Source: a virus (lineage: Duplodnaviria > Caudoviricetes). From it: DNA of 53,958 bases. This document shows, in pieces, positions 15,647-25,680 of this stretch. The notes under the pieces were generated by a model. The model ran no database searches. It worked only from the letters and a program-made list of their open reading frames with translations, and had not been told where the DNA came from. The stretch is taken from IMG/VR virus record IMGVR_UViG_3300024429_000008, positions 1 to 53,958 of that record. One strand, written 5' to 3'. The translations under genes were made by a program, and so were the position numbers. Position 1 is the first letter of the stretch. Each line of letters opens with the position of its first letter.

Positions 15647-16640
15647 TGAGATCATCCGAGCAGTTGGCTCCGGGGAGCTAGGCCCGATGGTCCGCCTTTT
15701 GGATTTCTTTTCCCCAGATGCGGTGTCGGAGGCCATGGACGAGGCCAACTGGGACACCCAGGAGATGATTGAGCAACTAGCAGAGATTGCTAGGGATGCT
15801 ACCAACAACACGGCCCGCGAGCGGATGGCCGCTATGAAGATGCTGACCGATCAAGGTAAGCAAGCCTTAGCCCTTCATGGCCACATACAGAGGATCACTG
15901 CGGAGGCTACCCAAGAGGAGGACGGTGTCAAGAAAACCCTGACAGCTGATAGTCTGGAACTATTACGGATGGGATCAGCTCGGACAATGACCACCCTGGA
16001 ATTGTTAGCAGCAAGCCAGGGTACCACGGAGCTTATAGACGTAGAGGCAGGGCCAAGCCTGTCTCTGCTAAAGGAGAAATCAAGTGACCCCCCAGCAGGA
16101 AGCAGCATTCAATCAAATGTCGAGCGTTGGTCCGGAGAGTCCGGAGGCGTCGGCTTCGGCGGTGGAGGGACTGGAGTTGTCCCGTCAGTACATGACTCAG
16201 AACGGCCCAACTCAGCCGACCCACCGTCGTCCTCACAAGACAATGACAAAGGCACAGTACGAGGAGGAAAAGATGAACAGGAACCCCGAGTCCCCAACCA
16301 ACCTGGATGCGGACAGCCGAGTCAAGAATCTGGAAGTCCAGGTAGCCGGGATCAACGAGAACATCACGAAGTTGGCCAATATAGTGACGCAGGCCATCAT
16401 ACAGAGACAGGAGGAGAAGCCGACGACGGAGAAGGTTCCGTCGCCGTTCCTGAGAGGAGGACCACTCCCTACACCCCTGGATCTGCCCGCCGAAGGGCTA
16501 GACGAATCGCCACCGATCCCCACGGTGACCCACCCGACGGTGGCACTAGAGGGACCCCTGGAGGAGTGGAAGGCAGCCCCGGAATCCCCACCCGGCCTGC
16601 CGACGGAGCCGATGACGGAAACTGGTCCCTCCGAGAATGA
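15639..16640 (+). CDS. Putative terminase small subunit (helical N-terminus) with long disordered tail
   Basis: GTG at 15639 after GGGAGG; helical LAEIARD..ERMAAMKML; upstream of TerL; C-terminal part overlaps 16084..17055. Confidence 0.45.
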   Translation: MGNEIIRAVGSGELGPMVRLLDFFSPDAVSEAMDEANWDTQEMIEQLAEIARDATNNTARERMAAMKMLTDQGKQALALHGHIQRITAEATQEEDGVKKTLTADSLELLRMGSARTMTTLELLAASQGTTELIDVEAGPSLSLLKEKSSDPPAGSSIQSNVERWSGESGGVGFGGGGTGVVPSVHDSERPNSADPPSSSQDNDKGTVRGGKDEQEPRVPNQPGCGQPSQESGSPGSRDQREHHEVGQYSDAGHHTETGGEADDGEGSVAVPERRTTPYTPGSARRRARRIATDPHGDPPDGGTRGTPGGVEGSPGIPTRPADGADDGNWSLRE

Positions 16641-17055
16641 GGTCCCGGGGGCCGCAGCCATGCCAGAGGTGAGTGTTCCGCTGGAGGAGGTGGAGGCCAT
16701 TGTAGAGGAATCTCTCCCACCGGAGACCGTTGAAGACATAACGAATCTGGAGAAGCAACAAACCCTACTGAATCAGGTAACTCTGTGGCTCAAGGAGAAG
16801 GATCCTCACAAATTCTTTCGTCGCTTTATTGGAGGAAGCTGCAATAAAAACCTGTCGTATAATTCCTGGCCCCATGAGCTGCAAAAGGAGTTTGATGTAC
16901 GGTTCCGTCAAATGTTGGCTGATCGGGAGTTCGCTTCCTCCATTTGTAACCGCATCCAAACGTTCCAAAACGGACATCTCGTCGCTCCTCATGTAGCGGC
17001 GGCCTTCGTCGTTGTTTGTGCTGGGGTTTTGGCGTTCACGCTCGCGGAGGCGTAG
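16084..17055 (+). CDS. Hypothetical protein, Pro/Glu-rich with coiled coil
   Basis: 11-mer plus AAAGGAG before a GTG start; abuts the TerL start. Confidence 0.65.
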   Translation: MTPQQEAAFNQMSSVGPESPEASASAVEGLELSRQYMTQNGPTQPTHRRPHKTMTKAQYEEEKMNRNPESPTNLDADSRVKNLEVQVAGINENITKLANIVTQAIIQRQEEKPTTEKVPSPFLRGGPLPTPLDLPAEGLDESPPIPTVTHPTVALEGPLEEWKAAPESPPGLPTEPMTETGPSENEVPGAAAMPEVSVPLEEVEAIVEESLPPETVEDITNLEKQQTLLNQVTLWLKEKDPHKFFRRFIGGSCNKNLSYNSWPHELQKEFDVRFRQMLADREFASSICNRIQTFQNGHLVAPHVAAAFVVVCAGVLAFTLAEA

Positions 17056-18918
17056 ATGGCGGTCGTATTTTCCAAGAAAGGGAATGAATTCTTTCCTTTA
17101 CCCTCTGATTATCCAGAATTAGTGTCGGAGGGACAGCGGCTGGCTCGGGTGAACGCTGTGCAGATTCGGGGAACTCCCGAATTGGAGGTGGCATCTTGGT
17201 TCTTTTTCAAGACCTATTATCTCCTCCCTACCTTACCTGGGGAATTTTTCAAACACGGAACCGTAAAATCGCCCGATATGCACTTTAAGTGGATTTATTT
17301 TTGGGAAGCCAATCAGCTTTCGGTCACAGCTGCACCGAGGTCGGCAGCTAAGTCAACCCTCATTAAGGAAAATATCCTTCGCAAAGTAGTATCCCGGCCC
17401 TACTGGGAGTCGGTTCTGTTCCTAGCCAAACAGGATTTTCTCACGACGACGTTCGATGATTTTATGGTCCAGATCGAAAGGAATGAGCGGATCCTTGAGG
17501 ACTTTGGGGTTCTCAAGCCCAGCCGGAATGAGGGGATCTGGAACCACAGTCAGCTCAAACTTAAAAACGGAGCGATGATTACCGGGATGCCCATCTCGGG
17601 AGCGTCTCTCGGCAAGCGTCCCCATGAGATCTACTTCGATGATGTCGAACGGGATGACAGCCTCATCCTATCTCCCTCCGAAAACATCCAGGGATTCAAA
17701 ACCTTCTTCTTCAATACAGTGTACCCCATGGCTGACTCCCTAGATGTCCGCATCCGCGTAGTAGGGACACTCTTATCCAGGCGGACATTCATTTACTGGT
17801 TGCACAGTACATCAGATCCTCGGATTGATGACTGGAAGAGGTTGTTTCACGCCGTCACATTCGTAAATGAAGAGGGAGGTGCCGAGGATGAGTGGCCAGA
17901 GAAGATGGGCCGGGAGTGGCAAACAGTGCAGCGGCGTCGTATGGGGCCCTCGGCCTACGCTGCTCAGTACGAGAACAATCCTGTCACTGAGGCAGAACGC
18001 ATCCTCCGCCTTCACCCTGAGCTTAACACCTACTGGTTGGAGAACACTTGTGCAGCGACTTACTTGGATCCCCTCAACTCCAGTGCTGTTATGGTCTCCC
18101 ATCAACTCTCCGGATGGGACAAGTCGTTTGAGGACCCTATGCCCCTACCCAGTAAGCTCACAAGGAACTTTGGGGAAGTGGTCAGTAAGATGCGGCGGTT
18201 CATCACTATCGACTCGGCCCCGACAGTTTCGGAGAGTTCGGATTTCTCCTGTATCCACGTGATGGGGATAGAGAACTCCCCCGATTATCGGGACACGCTG
18301 TGGTCCCTAGACATCTGGCTGGGAAAGAAATCCTCTGAAGAGATCGTCCGGAGGACTTATGCCATGGCCATGAAGTGGCAAGTCCCTCTGATAGCAGTAG
18401 AGGCATACCCTGTGCAGATGGAATTCGCCGAGCGACTCAAGCATGATCTCCCCTCCATGTACGGCCAGGGTCAGGTTCCCTGCCGGATACTGGCAGTGAA
18501 GTTCCCCACTCACTACAAGAAACCTGACAAGATCGCTGGGCTACATTGGCGGTTCAAACAGTTCCGGTTGAAGCTGCCACTGGACCGACGAGACGAGGAA
18601 GGCTACAAGGCCCTATTCTACCAAGTAGAGAACTTCACGGAGGACCTCGCCCTATTGCAGCACGATGATGCCATAGACACACTAGCAATGCACTTGGCCA
18701 TCGGCAAATCCGTGGCCCCTGTTGGGCCTGATGAGCATCAATTCAAGACCCCAGTGGATATGCTCCGGGACGGAGAATATCACTACGAGTCCGGGATCAG
18801 TGTGATGTCGGGCATGAACGCGAGCGAGATACCGGACGACGTTCTAGATACGATGTTGGGTCGGCAACGGGATGATCTCGAAGAAGAACCGAACCTCGAC
18901 TGGGTAAACTATGCGTAA
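17056..18918 (+). CDS. terL: Terminase large subunit
   Basis: Walker A APRSAAKST, Walker B IYFDDVE, VVGT coupling motif, QYENNP; RNase H-like nuclease residues ITIDSA, SDFS, HDDAIDTLA. Confidence 0.92.
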   Translation: MAVVFSKKGNEFFPLPSDYPELVSEGQRLARVNAVQIRGTPELEVASWFFFKTYYLLPTLPGEFFKHGTVKSPDMHFKWIYFWEANQLSVTAAPRSAAKSTLIKENILRKVVSRPYWESVLFLAKQDFLTTTFDDFMVQIERNERILEDFGVLKPSRNEGIWNHSQLKLKNGAMITGMPISGASLGKRPHEIYFDDVERDDSLILSPSENIQGFKTFFFNTVYPMADSLDVRIRVVGTLLSRRTFIYWLHSTSDPRIDDWKRLFHAVTFVNEEGGAEDEWPEKMGREWQTVQRRRMGPSAYAAQYENNPVTEAERILRLHPELNTYWLENTCAATYLDPLNSSAVMVSHQLSGWDKSFEDPMPLPSKLTRNFGEVVSKMRRFITIDSAPTVSESSDFSCIHVMGIENSPDYRDTLWSLDIWLGKKSSEEIVRRTYAMAMKWQVPLIAVEAYPVQMEFAERLKHDLPSMYGQGQVPCRILAVKFPTHYKKPDKIAGLHWRFKQFRLKLPLDRRDEEGYKALFYQVENFTEDLALLQHDDAIDTLAMHLAIGKSVAPVGPDEHQFKTPVDMLRDGEYHYESGISVMSGMNASEIPDDVLDTMLGRQRDDLEEEPNLDWVNYA

Positions 18919-18965
18919 GAATCCGGGACATACCCAGCCTGTCTCTGCAAAAGAGGAGAACTAAG

Positions 18966-19310
18966 ATGGGATATATGAAAGGGATTGACATCACACTTCG
19001 CAGTATGGAAGAGCACCTGGGATCTGTCGATAAGAAGTTGGACAAGCTCCTGGAGTGGATTATCCCTATAGTAACCCAGATGCGGATGCTGAAGGAGCGA
19101 GTAGATGACCAGAGTGGGAAACTCACTGATGGGCTCGTAGAGATGGCCATGGTTAAAGCTGGAGATACCCAGGCTGCCGTAGCCCACCGGGGCCAGGTTC
19201 GGTTGGAAACGAATCCCCAAGAGGCAGAGATAGGGATAAGGGAATGGTCCGAGGGAGATGGAGGACGTGACTGGGGGTCGGAGGATGATGATATAATGGA
19301 GATCCACTAA
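18966..19310 (+). CDS. Hypothetical coiled-coil protein
   Basis: RBS GAGGAG; lies between TerL and portal. Confidence 0.6.
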   Translation: MGYMKGIDITLRSMEEHLGSVDKKLDKLLEWIIPIVTQMRMLKERVDDQSGKLTDGLVEMAMVKAGDTQAAVAHRGQVRLETNPQEAEIGIREWSEGDGGRDWGSEDDDIMEIH

Positions 19311-21394
19311 TGAGACTCGCCTTGCCCAAATCAAACACTCCCCCAAAAGAGAGGGAACTCGTAGATGCCCTGGATCAGGAGTTGCAACCTGCCGAAGTAG
19401 AGATGAATGTGAACCTCGTCAACTGGCGAATAATAGATGCTTATCTCTCCGGGATACGCAAGTTTCGAGTGATGGATCGCTGGTCCGGCAATGTTCAGAT
19501 GGCGTGGGAGAACCGCAAGGGGGAGCTGGAGATGCGGTACGAGGAGATCAATCGGCAGTACCTGACAGAGGTTGGTCGATACATGAAGATGGACATTACT
19601 CCCCTAGTCTCCAAGAAGGGTCAATCTCTAGACGCCTTGCGGAAGGCAGCGATTGGGAATGCGACTCTGGGGGCTCTGTCTGCTAAGCTGCCCCTAAATC
19701 AATTGAAAAGGAGTGTCCTAATTCCCTTCCTCAAGTATGGGACGGTAGGGATAAATCACTACGAGACAGGCGATCCAGAAATGCCAGACCGTATTGAGGT
19801 TGTGTCCGCTCGGCAGCTCCGTGGTGTGCCTGCTTTCGTGGATGGGATCGAGAATCTGTACGGGATCGCACGTGTCCGGTGGGTGCCGATGCAGTGGCTC
19901 ATTGATCGAATGCAGGACGTTTACAAATACAAGTTGAAGGCCGACCCTTGGGCCCAACTGAAAGCCATAGATGTTCCTTGGGGGAATACCCCTCCGGGTA
20001 ACACGTCTACCCAGTCTTCGGGGTTTGGGGGTGGAGCAGCTAGCCTTGCTCAGAAGAGGGATACCTTATTGAGTACCCAGATCGAGAAGCCGGAACGAGG
20101 AGGGACGGCCGGTGATCGCTTCGGACGGCCATATGTGAAGGTAGAAGAGATCTACCTGTATGATGACTCCCAAATGTTTGTAGCTCGGTACATCGTGAAG
20201 GCAGGGGATGTCATCATGGTGGACGAGAATTTCGAGGAGAAGCGACTCAAGGTAGTGTGTCCCCTCCATGTCGCTCGGCATACAGATATCGGTAAGATGT
20301 TTGCTCGGGGCTTCGTGGGTCCTCTGATCCCCTTCAACGACCAGATTGAAAAGATGTACAAATCCTTGTTCAAGAACATCGCTGAGATGGATATGTTCGG
20401 GACTTTGTTTGTATCGGACGCGATGGGGATAGATCTGAAGAAGTGGCGTACCGGTCCTCGTCCCAAGGTCCAAAAATATTCCCCCGATCCCATGTCTCCT
20501 CTAGCCCAACCGATGACTTTGACTCCCCACAATACGGGGACAATGCCTGCCAAAGTTGCCGAGCTAGCATCAGATACGATGTCCAAACTAGCTAACCAAG
20601 GCCCTTACTATCAAGGAGAAAGTAGTGGTAGAGTGGACTCAGCAGCCGGGTTGGGCTTCCTTTTCAATACGGGGAACATCTCGTTGGGTCTGCCGACTCA
20701 TGGGATTGCTGATGCATTCGCGGGGGCGTATACCCGGATGCTCCAAGTGGCCAAGGACCGTCTCGCACCAGGGGATACGATCATGTTGGCGACGGTTGAC
20801 GACGCGATTGCGGGTGTTATTATTGATCCGGTCACCGGCAACGTGGGTCTGTCTAATAATCCTATTCCCGAAGCCTGGGAAATCAACGTAGACATTAAGG
20901 ACCGTATCCCCCGGGACCGGGACATACGTAAGCAAGAACTCCAAGAGCTATACCAACAACAGTTGGTGAGCCCGACACGATTCTGGATAGCAGCCCTGGA
21001 AGAGAACCTGGACTTTCCCGGAGCCGACAAGGAGATTTGGGAGACGTGGCGTAAGATCACATGGCAAATTATTGTGCTGTTCCGGGACGGGCAGACCCCC
21101 GGCGAGCTGATCGTTGGGGAGCATACCCAGAATCCGGACATTCAATTGATGGCTGTCCAGCAGTTTATGAACAAAATTGAATTCTCCCTTGCTTCCCCAG
21201 AAGTCCGCAAAGTGTTTGAAGACTTGAAGATTCAACTGGAGATCTTGTGTGGTCGTAATTATCCTACCGGTTTACCTCCTCCTGAAGACATCGCAGCCCA
21301 AATGGCAGCTGGAGGAGGTGGCGGAGGTGGAGGTGGAGGACCCCCAGGAGGAGGTGGTGGTGCTGGTGGTCTCGCCGATCTAATGGGACAATAA
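19310..21394 (+). CDS. Portal protein
   Basis: 694 aa after TerL; podovirus-portal-like features (KYGTVG, RGFVGPLIPFNDQI, GRVDSAAG); poly-Gly tail. Confidence 0.8.
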   Translation: MRLALPKSNTPPKERELVDALDQELQPAEVEMNVNLVNWRIIDAYLSGIRKFRVMDRWSGNVQMAWENRKGELEMRYEEINRQYLTEVGRYMKMDITPLVSKKGQSLDALRKAAIGNATLGALSAKLPLNQLKRSVLIPFLKYGTVGINHYETGDPEMPDRIEVVSARQLRGVPAFVDGIENLYGIARVRWVPMQWLIDRMQDVYKYKLKADPWAQLKAIDVPWGNTPPGNTSTQSSGFGGGAASLAQKRDTLLSTQIEKPERGGTAGDRFGRPYVKVEEIYLYDDSQMFVARYIVKAGDVIMVDENFEEKRLKVVCPLHVARHTDIGKMFARGFVGPLIPFNDQIEKMYKSLFKNIAEMDMFGTLFVSDAMGIDLKKWRTGPRPKVQKYSPDPMSPLAQPMTLTPHNTGTMPAKVAELASDTMSKLANQGPYYQGESSGRVDSAAGLGFLFNTGNISLGLPTHGIADAFAGAYTRMLQVAKDRLAPGDTIMLATVDDAIAGVIIDPVTGNVGLSNNPIPEAWEINVDIKDRIPRDRDIRKQELQELYQQQLVSPTRFWIAALEENLDFPGADKEIWETWRKITWQIIVLFRDGQTPGELIVGEHTQNPDIQLMAVQQFMNKIEFSLASPEVRKVFEDLKIQLEILCGRNYPTGLPPPEDIAAQMAAGGGGGGGGGGPPGGGGGAGGLADLMGQ

Positions 21395-21396
21395 GG

Positions 21397-21798
21397 ATGG
21401 CCCAAACGAAGGAACAAAAGTTAGAGTACGGTCGCCAATATTACTGGGAGCACCGCGAGGCAGTTATAGCCCGGCAGTTGGCGTACCAGAAGAAGCATCC
21501 TGAAGCTACCCGAGCAAGGACACAGAGGGCTAGTCACGCCCACCGGGAACGGAAAAGGAGTCTGGTACGAGAACTGAAGTCGGGAGGATGCACACGCTGT
21601 GAGGAAAGAGATCCGGCCTGCTTGGACTTTCATCACATTGATCCGGCAACGAAATTGTTTAGGATTTCTGAGCCGCTTTGTGGTCGCGAAGAAGTCGTGC
21701 GGGCTGAGGTAGCCAAGTGCGTCCTTCTATGCTCAAATTGTCATAGAAAACAACAACAAAAGGAGAGAATGAAATGCCTGAACCTAGTAGTCCACTAA
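21397..21798 (+). CDS. HNH endonuclease
   Basis: CTRC..CLDFHHID...KCVLLCSNCHR. Confidence 0.85.
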   Translation: MAQTKEQKLEYGRQYYWEHREAVIARQLAYQKKHPEATRARTQRASHAHRERKRSLVRELKSGGCTRCEERDPACLDFHHIDPATKLFRISEPLCGREEVVRAEVAKCVLLCSNCHRKQQQKERMKCLNLVVH

Positions 21799-22739
21799 GT
21801 GCACAAGGGGAAACTCCCAGAATAGATATCCCTGCTCAGAGCGTCCCTCCAGGAACCCATATACCTCCGGCCCAGGTCCATGAGCGGGCTGGAGCTACAC
21901 TAAAGGTACACGGAGAAGAGAAGGCGGTAAGTTATGAAGAGCTTATCTCTCATGCCCAAAAGGGGCTGGCGGCTGATGAGAACTTCCAGGCAGCTGCGGA
22001 GAAGTCGAAGGATGCCGAGACAGCGATACAGTTCCAGGAGGACATGCGACTGGTAACAGAGTCAGGTGATATCAATGCCTTCCGTCGTGCTGGTGCTGCC
22101 CTGGGGATGCCTGGTGATAAGATCGAACAGACAGCTCAATACATTGAAGCACAATTTGAAAGGGCTGGAGTGAACTACGTGAATCCAGAATCGCCTGATG
22201 AGAGCCCAGCTGGATCTAGACCAGAGTCCGGTAAGACGGCTGCTGAATGGGCCAAGGAGTTGGCTGCCCTTAAAGCTCAGGTCGAAGGAAAACAGGTGGG
22301 CTTTGGGGATCTGACAGGGGACCTCCAAACGGCCCTGGTTAACGTGGAAGAGGAAAGAATTTCACAAATAGTGGAAAAAGCACTTGACTCGGACCCAACC
22401 TTAAGCTATTATATGAATAGCTACGGAGACAAGGGCAAGACTGCCGTCCGTGGCGTGATCGACGAGAAGATCAGAGGGCGATTGGACGCTTCTGATGGTC
22501 GGTTTGGTGACGGTGCGAAGATTATGAATGTGATCCTTCCAGAGGTGAAGACACTACTCGAAGCGATCGGACCACCGGAGCGTTCTACACCCCAAATGGG
22601 ACTAGGACCAGCACCGGGCGGACAAGGGCCAAACATCCACCCGCTGAAAGCTCCCGAGCATGTGTCATCCAAGGACTCTGGGTTCGAGGAACACATTGGG
22701 GAAGTGCTGGAACACAACATCCGCAAGGCACAAGGCTAG
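21774..22739 (+). CDS. Capsid scaffolding protein
   Basis: LKVHGEEKAVSYEEL...QKG motif typical of scaffolds; helical; directly before the MCP. Confidence 0.75.
   Translation: MPEPSSPLSAQGETPRIDIPAQSVPPGTHIPPAQVHERAGATLKVHGEEKAVSYEELISHAQKGLAADENFQAAAEKSKDAETAIQFQEDMRLVTESGDINAFRRAGAALGMPGDKIEQTAQYIEAQFERAGVNYVNPESPDESPAGSRPESGKTAAEWAKELAALKAQVEGKQVGFGDLTGDLQTALVNVEEERISQIVEKALDSDPTLSYYMNSYGDKGKTAVRGVIDEKIRGRLDASDGRFGDGAKIMNVILPEVKTLLEAIGPPERSTPQMGLGPAPGGQGPNIHPLKAPEHVSSKDSGFEEHIGEVLEHNIRKAQG
22384..22412 (+). promoter_or_regulatory. Gene-internal sigma70-type promoter for the capsid gene
   Basis: TTGACT-17 bp-TATTAT. Confidence 0.5.
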
Positions 22740-22804
22740 TTTCTTCCCTACGTAATAGACAAGTACAAGGGTAGCAGAGTCCTGTCTCTGCAAAAGAGGG
22801 TAAT

Positions 22805-24307
22805 ATGACGACACTGACTGAAGGCATTGAGCTGACTATCGAAGAAAAGATAGTGCCTACGATTTTTGAAGCTCTCTGGGATCTGGATCCCATCTACCCG
22901 ATGATAGCCAGATCCAGTACCAATGTAGTCCGGAACCGTGGTCTTGGCAAGGGCTGGAAGGTCCTCAAGACTTACGTAGCAGGCGTTGCGGGTGGTGCAA
23001 AGTTTACGAGTCCGATGGGCGGAAACGTCGTGTCGGGGGACAACTACACCATATATGACACACCACAGACCTTCCAAGGTGTGGATGAAACGTCGTCCCC
23101 AGCATTCATGCAGACCTCGATCCAGCTCGTAGAGCACCGAGGTAACTTCTACCTCCCCCATACGATCTTGCGGGCCGACCAGCTCGCTTCGAGCATTGGT
23201 CCGGTTGTGGCCCAGTGTCTCAAGAGCGTGGGCGAACTCCTCGCTATGCAGGAAGCAGCCATGTTCTACTCGACCAGCGTGTCGGGCGGAGTACCGACTT
23301 ATGCCTTGGGGGATGTTGGTGACTCCTCTGTTTCCATCACCGATCACGCCGATACCGATGCCATCATTGTGGATCTGGATGCACTCAATACATCCGGTCG
23401 TGTACATAGATTCCGGCAGGGGATGCTGGTGGACTTCTATGACTCCACCGGAACCACAAAACGAAACACGGCGTTCTACATCGCTGTAGACAATGTGGAT
23501 CCCCTTGAGAATCAGATCACCTTTCGTCGAGTGGACGGTGGAGAGTTCCAGACTACGACCGTACTCGGTGGTGGCATCACCTACGCGGGTGCTGGTGGGG
23601 ATGACGACATCATCGTCATCAAGGATTCAGTGAAGGTTGCCCCCAACTCCCTGGAATCGTGGATCGTGGACGGCACGACCCTGACGAGCTTCTTTGGTAT
23701 TGATGTGAGGGATCATGGTCAACTCAAGTCCTATGTCCCCACAGCTATCAATGCAGCTCTAACGGAGAGCACCCTGAACAGGCACTTTGCCATGTTCTAT
23801 GAGTCGTTCCCCGGTAAGAGGCTGGATGCCGCCATCACTACGTCGGGTGTTATCGTGGGGTTCATTGATAACCTGGATACCTACAATGCAGCGATTGCGG
23901 ACCAGCCGGGCCGATTCCGGTATGACCGAAACGGAAAGCCCCTAGATGTCGAAGCTGGCTACGAGGGGTTTAAGTATCGGTTTGCCTCCCGACCATGCGA
24001 GATCTACACTTCGACCCTCTGTGCAAAGGGTACGCTCTATGCTGGGAAGTTCAAGGGGGGTGGGATCACCCGCTATGTACCCCCGAGTCTCCCCGGTGCC
24101 AAGGTTGATTCCCGCTTCGGAACGGAGTGCGAGTTCATTGCCTCTCTCGGTGGATCTGGTGGGTATCAGGGCATCTTCAAGCATGCTCACAGTGGCTCCG
24201 GTGCAACGACTACGTTCATCGAGGCCCCATTCGTGAGAATGTGGAATTGTATGCCCGATCAGGCAAACTTTCTAAAACTAAGTAGCATTACAGAAGTCCT
24301 CGGCTAA
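22805..24307 (+). CDS. Major capsid protein (HK97-fold presumed, with insertion domain)
   Basis: 500 aa after the scaffold and followed by a terminator; FRQGMLVDF...ITF insertion-type segment, FFGID motif. Confidence 0.78.
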   Translation: MTTLTEGIELTIEEKIVPTIFEALWDLDPIYPMIARSSTNVVRNRGLGKGWKVLKTYVAGVAGGAKFTSPMGGNVVSGDNYTIYDTPQTFQGVDETSSPAFMQTSIQLVEHRGNFYLPHTILRADQLASSIGPVVAQCLKSVGELLAMQEAAMFYSTSVSGGVPTYALGDVGDSSVSITDHADTDAIIVDLDALNTSGRVHRFRQGMLVDFYDSTGTTKRNTAFYIAVDNVDPLENQITFRRVDGGEFQTTTVLGGGITYAGAGGDDDIIVIKDSVKVAPNSLESWIVDGTTLTSFFGIDVRDHGQLKSYVPTAINAALTESTLNRHFAMFYESFPGKRLDAAITTSGVIVGFIDNLDTYNAAIADQPGRFRYDRNGKPLDVEAGYEGFKYRFASRPCEIYTSTLCAKGTLYAGKFKGGGITRYVPPSLPGAKVDSRFGTECEFIASLGGSGGYQGIFKHAHSGSGATTTFIEAPFVRMWNCMPDQANFLKLSSITEVLG

Positions 24308-24340
24308 CTGTAAGAATTAAAGATTAGCTCCTCCTCCCAA

Positions 24341-24387
24341 AGAAGGTCGGCCGCTCCCCACTAAGGGCCGGTCGGCCTTTTCTTTTT
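24341..24387 (+). terminator. Rho-independent terminator after the MCP
   Basis: AAGGTCGGCCG...CGGTCGGCCTT stem followed by TTTTCTTTTT; an 11-mer copy follows immediately (24388). Confidence 0.75.
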
Positions 24388-24420
24388 GCAGAGACAGGGG
24401 GGTGGGGATGGAAGGGCAGA

Positions 24421-24837
24421 ATGCCAGCTACGGTCCTAGATCCAACAGTGCACCTCATAAAAAATACTCCTGTCGCCAAGTTTTTTCGCCGCAGGCTCAA
24501 AGATCCAGACATAATGACGTTCTGGCACGCAGAGACAGGACAGTGGATCCTGGCCTACTGGCTCCGTCGGGGGGTCGTGGATGAGATCGAGGATTTGGGA
24601 GCGAACTTCGAGCTGGTAACGGATGATCTCGTGGGGATGATCGTGGGGTGCTACGGTCACGTAGACCTCGCCCGGAAGAAGAAGCGTATCCTGGCCAAGG
24701 AAGCAGCTCAGTTACAGCGGCAAACAGAGGCTGTCCTGGAGAATCAGGAGAAGTGGGACTGGTTGAAGAAGCGGACGAAAGACAAGGCCCCCTTGCCTTA
24801 CACGTTCCAAGCCTCCCCGGTGGAAAAAGGATACTGA
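24421..24837 (+). CDS. Hypothetical protein
   Basis: 138 aa in the structural operon. Confidence 0.6.
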   Translation: MPATVLDPTVHLIKNTPVAKFFRRRLKDPDIMTFWHAETGQWILAYWLRRGVVDEIEDLGANFELVTDDLVGMIVGCYGHVDLARKKKRILAKEAAQLQRQTEAVLENQEKWDWLKKRTKDKAPLPYTFQASPVEKGY

Positions 24838-24883
24838 TATGAATCCAGAGGCACCTCCTGTCTCTGCTAAAGGAGAATTTGAT

Positions 24884-25186
24884 ATGGCATCGTACCTTGA
24901 ACTGTTTACTCTGAAGAATGACTCTGATCTTCAGGATCGTATCCTGGTTGCTACGGTTGTGGCAGCGGAGGCAATCCGGACTGATGCGGATCCCCCTGCG
25001 AATCAGGTTCAGCGAGAGGCCTGGGCACGCCAGGCCCTGCTTGATCCCGTGACGGAGTCCCGCCGGATGTTATGGGCGGTGTTGGCAGCAAATAAGAGTG
25101 CTACAACAGCTTCGATCCTTGCTGTCGAGGATACTGTACTGCAAGGCTCGGTAAATGCTGTTGTGGATTTGTTCGCAGGAGCTTAA
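24884..25186 (+). CDS. Hypothetical virion-associated protein
   Basis: ATG at 24884 after 11-mer plus AAAGGAG. Confidence 0.65.
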   Translation: MASYLELFTLKNDSDLQDRILVATVVAAEAIRTDADPPANQVQREAWARQALLDPVTESRRMLWAVLAANKSATTASILAVEDTVLQGSVNAVVDLFAGA

Positions 25187-25188
25187 TC

Positions 25189-25680
25189 ATGGCTAACAAG
25201 GTTTACATTGTTCGAGAAACCCCTATTGTCTGGAGTGATACGGCTGGGGACCTCGTGATAACTATAAACAATCTCGCAGCCTCCGGAGCCTGCCGGATAG
25301 GGGCCCGAAAGGACCTCGGTGCCGGAGCTACATCAGAGTGGTATGAGTGGCGGCTCACTGTGCAGTTTGAAACAGCCCCGGTGGTCGGGGAGACCATAGA
25401 TATCTACTTGTCCACTTCAGACGGTACGGAGGAGGATGGCCAAGAGGGGGCAGCCGATGCAGCCCTGGGTTCGGTTAACTCCCTGCGGAATATGCAATAC
25501 ATTGGCAGCCTGGTCGTGAGTTCAGTAGATGCCTCCCACGACATGACGGCCAGTGGCGTTTGCCGTATTGTTACGAGGTATGTATCGCCTGTGATTCATA
25601 ACAACACTGTTGATAATTTGAAGGCGACGAATGATACTGGTGAGTTTACGCTCACTCCGACTCCACCCGAGTTACAATAA
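25189..25680 (+). CDS. Hypothetical virion protein
   Basis: 163 aa, beta-rich; coupled to the LamG gene. Confidence 0.65.
   Translation: MANKVYIVRETPIVWSDTAGDLVITINNLAASGACRIGARKDLGAGATSEWYEWRLTVQFETAPVVGETIDIYLSTSDGTEEDGQEGAADAALGSVNSLRNMQYIGSLVVSSVDASHDMTASGVCRIVTRYVSPVIHNNTVDNLKATNDTGEFTLTPTPPELQ

Noticed and set aside
21309-21370. GGN repeat tract at the end of the portal gene
   Set aside because: It encodes a low-complexity poly-Gly tail, common in portal C-termini.
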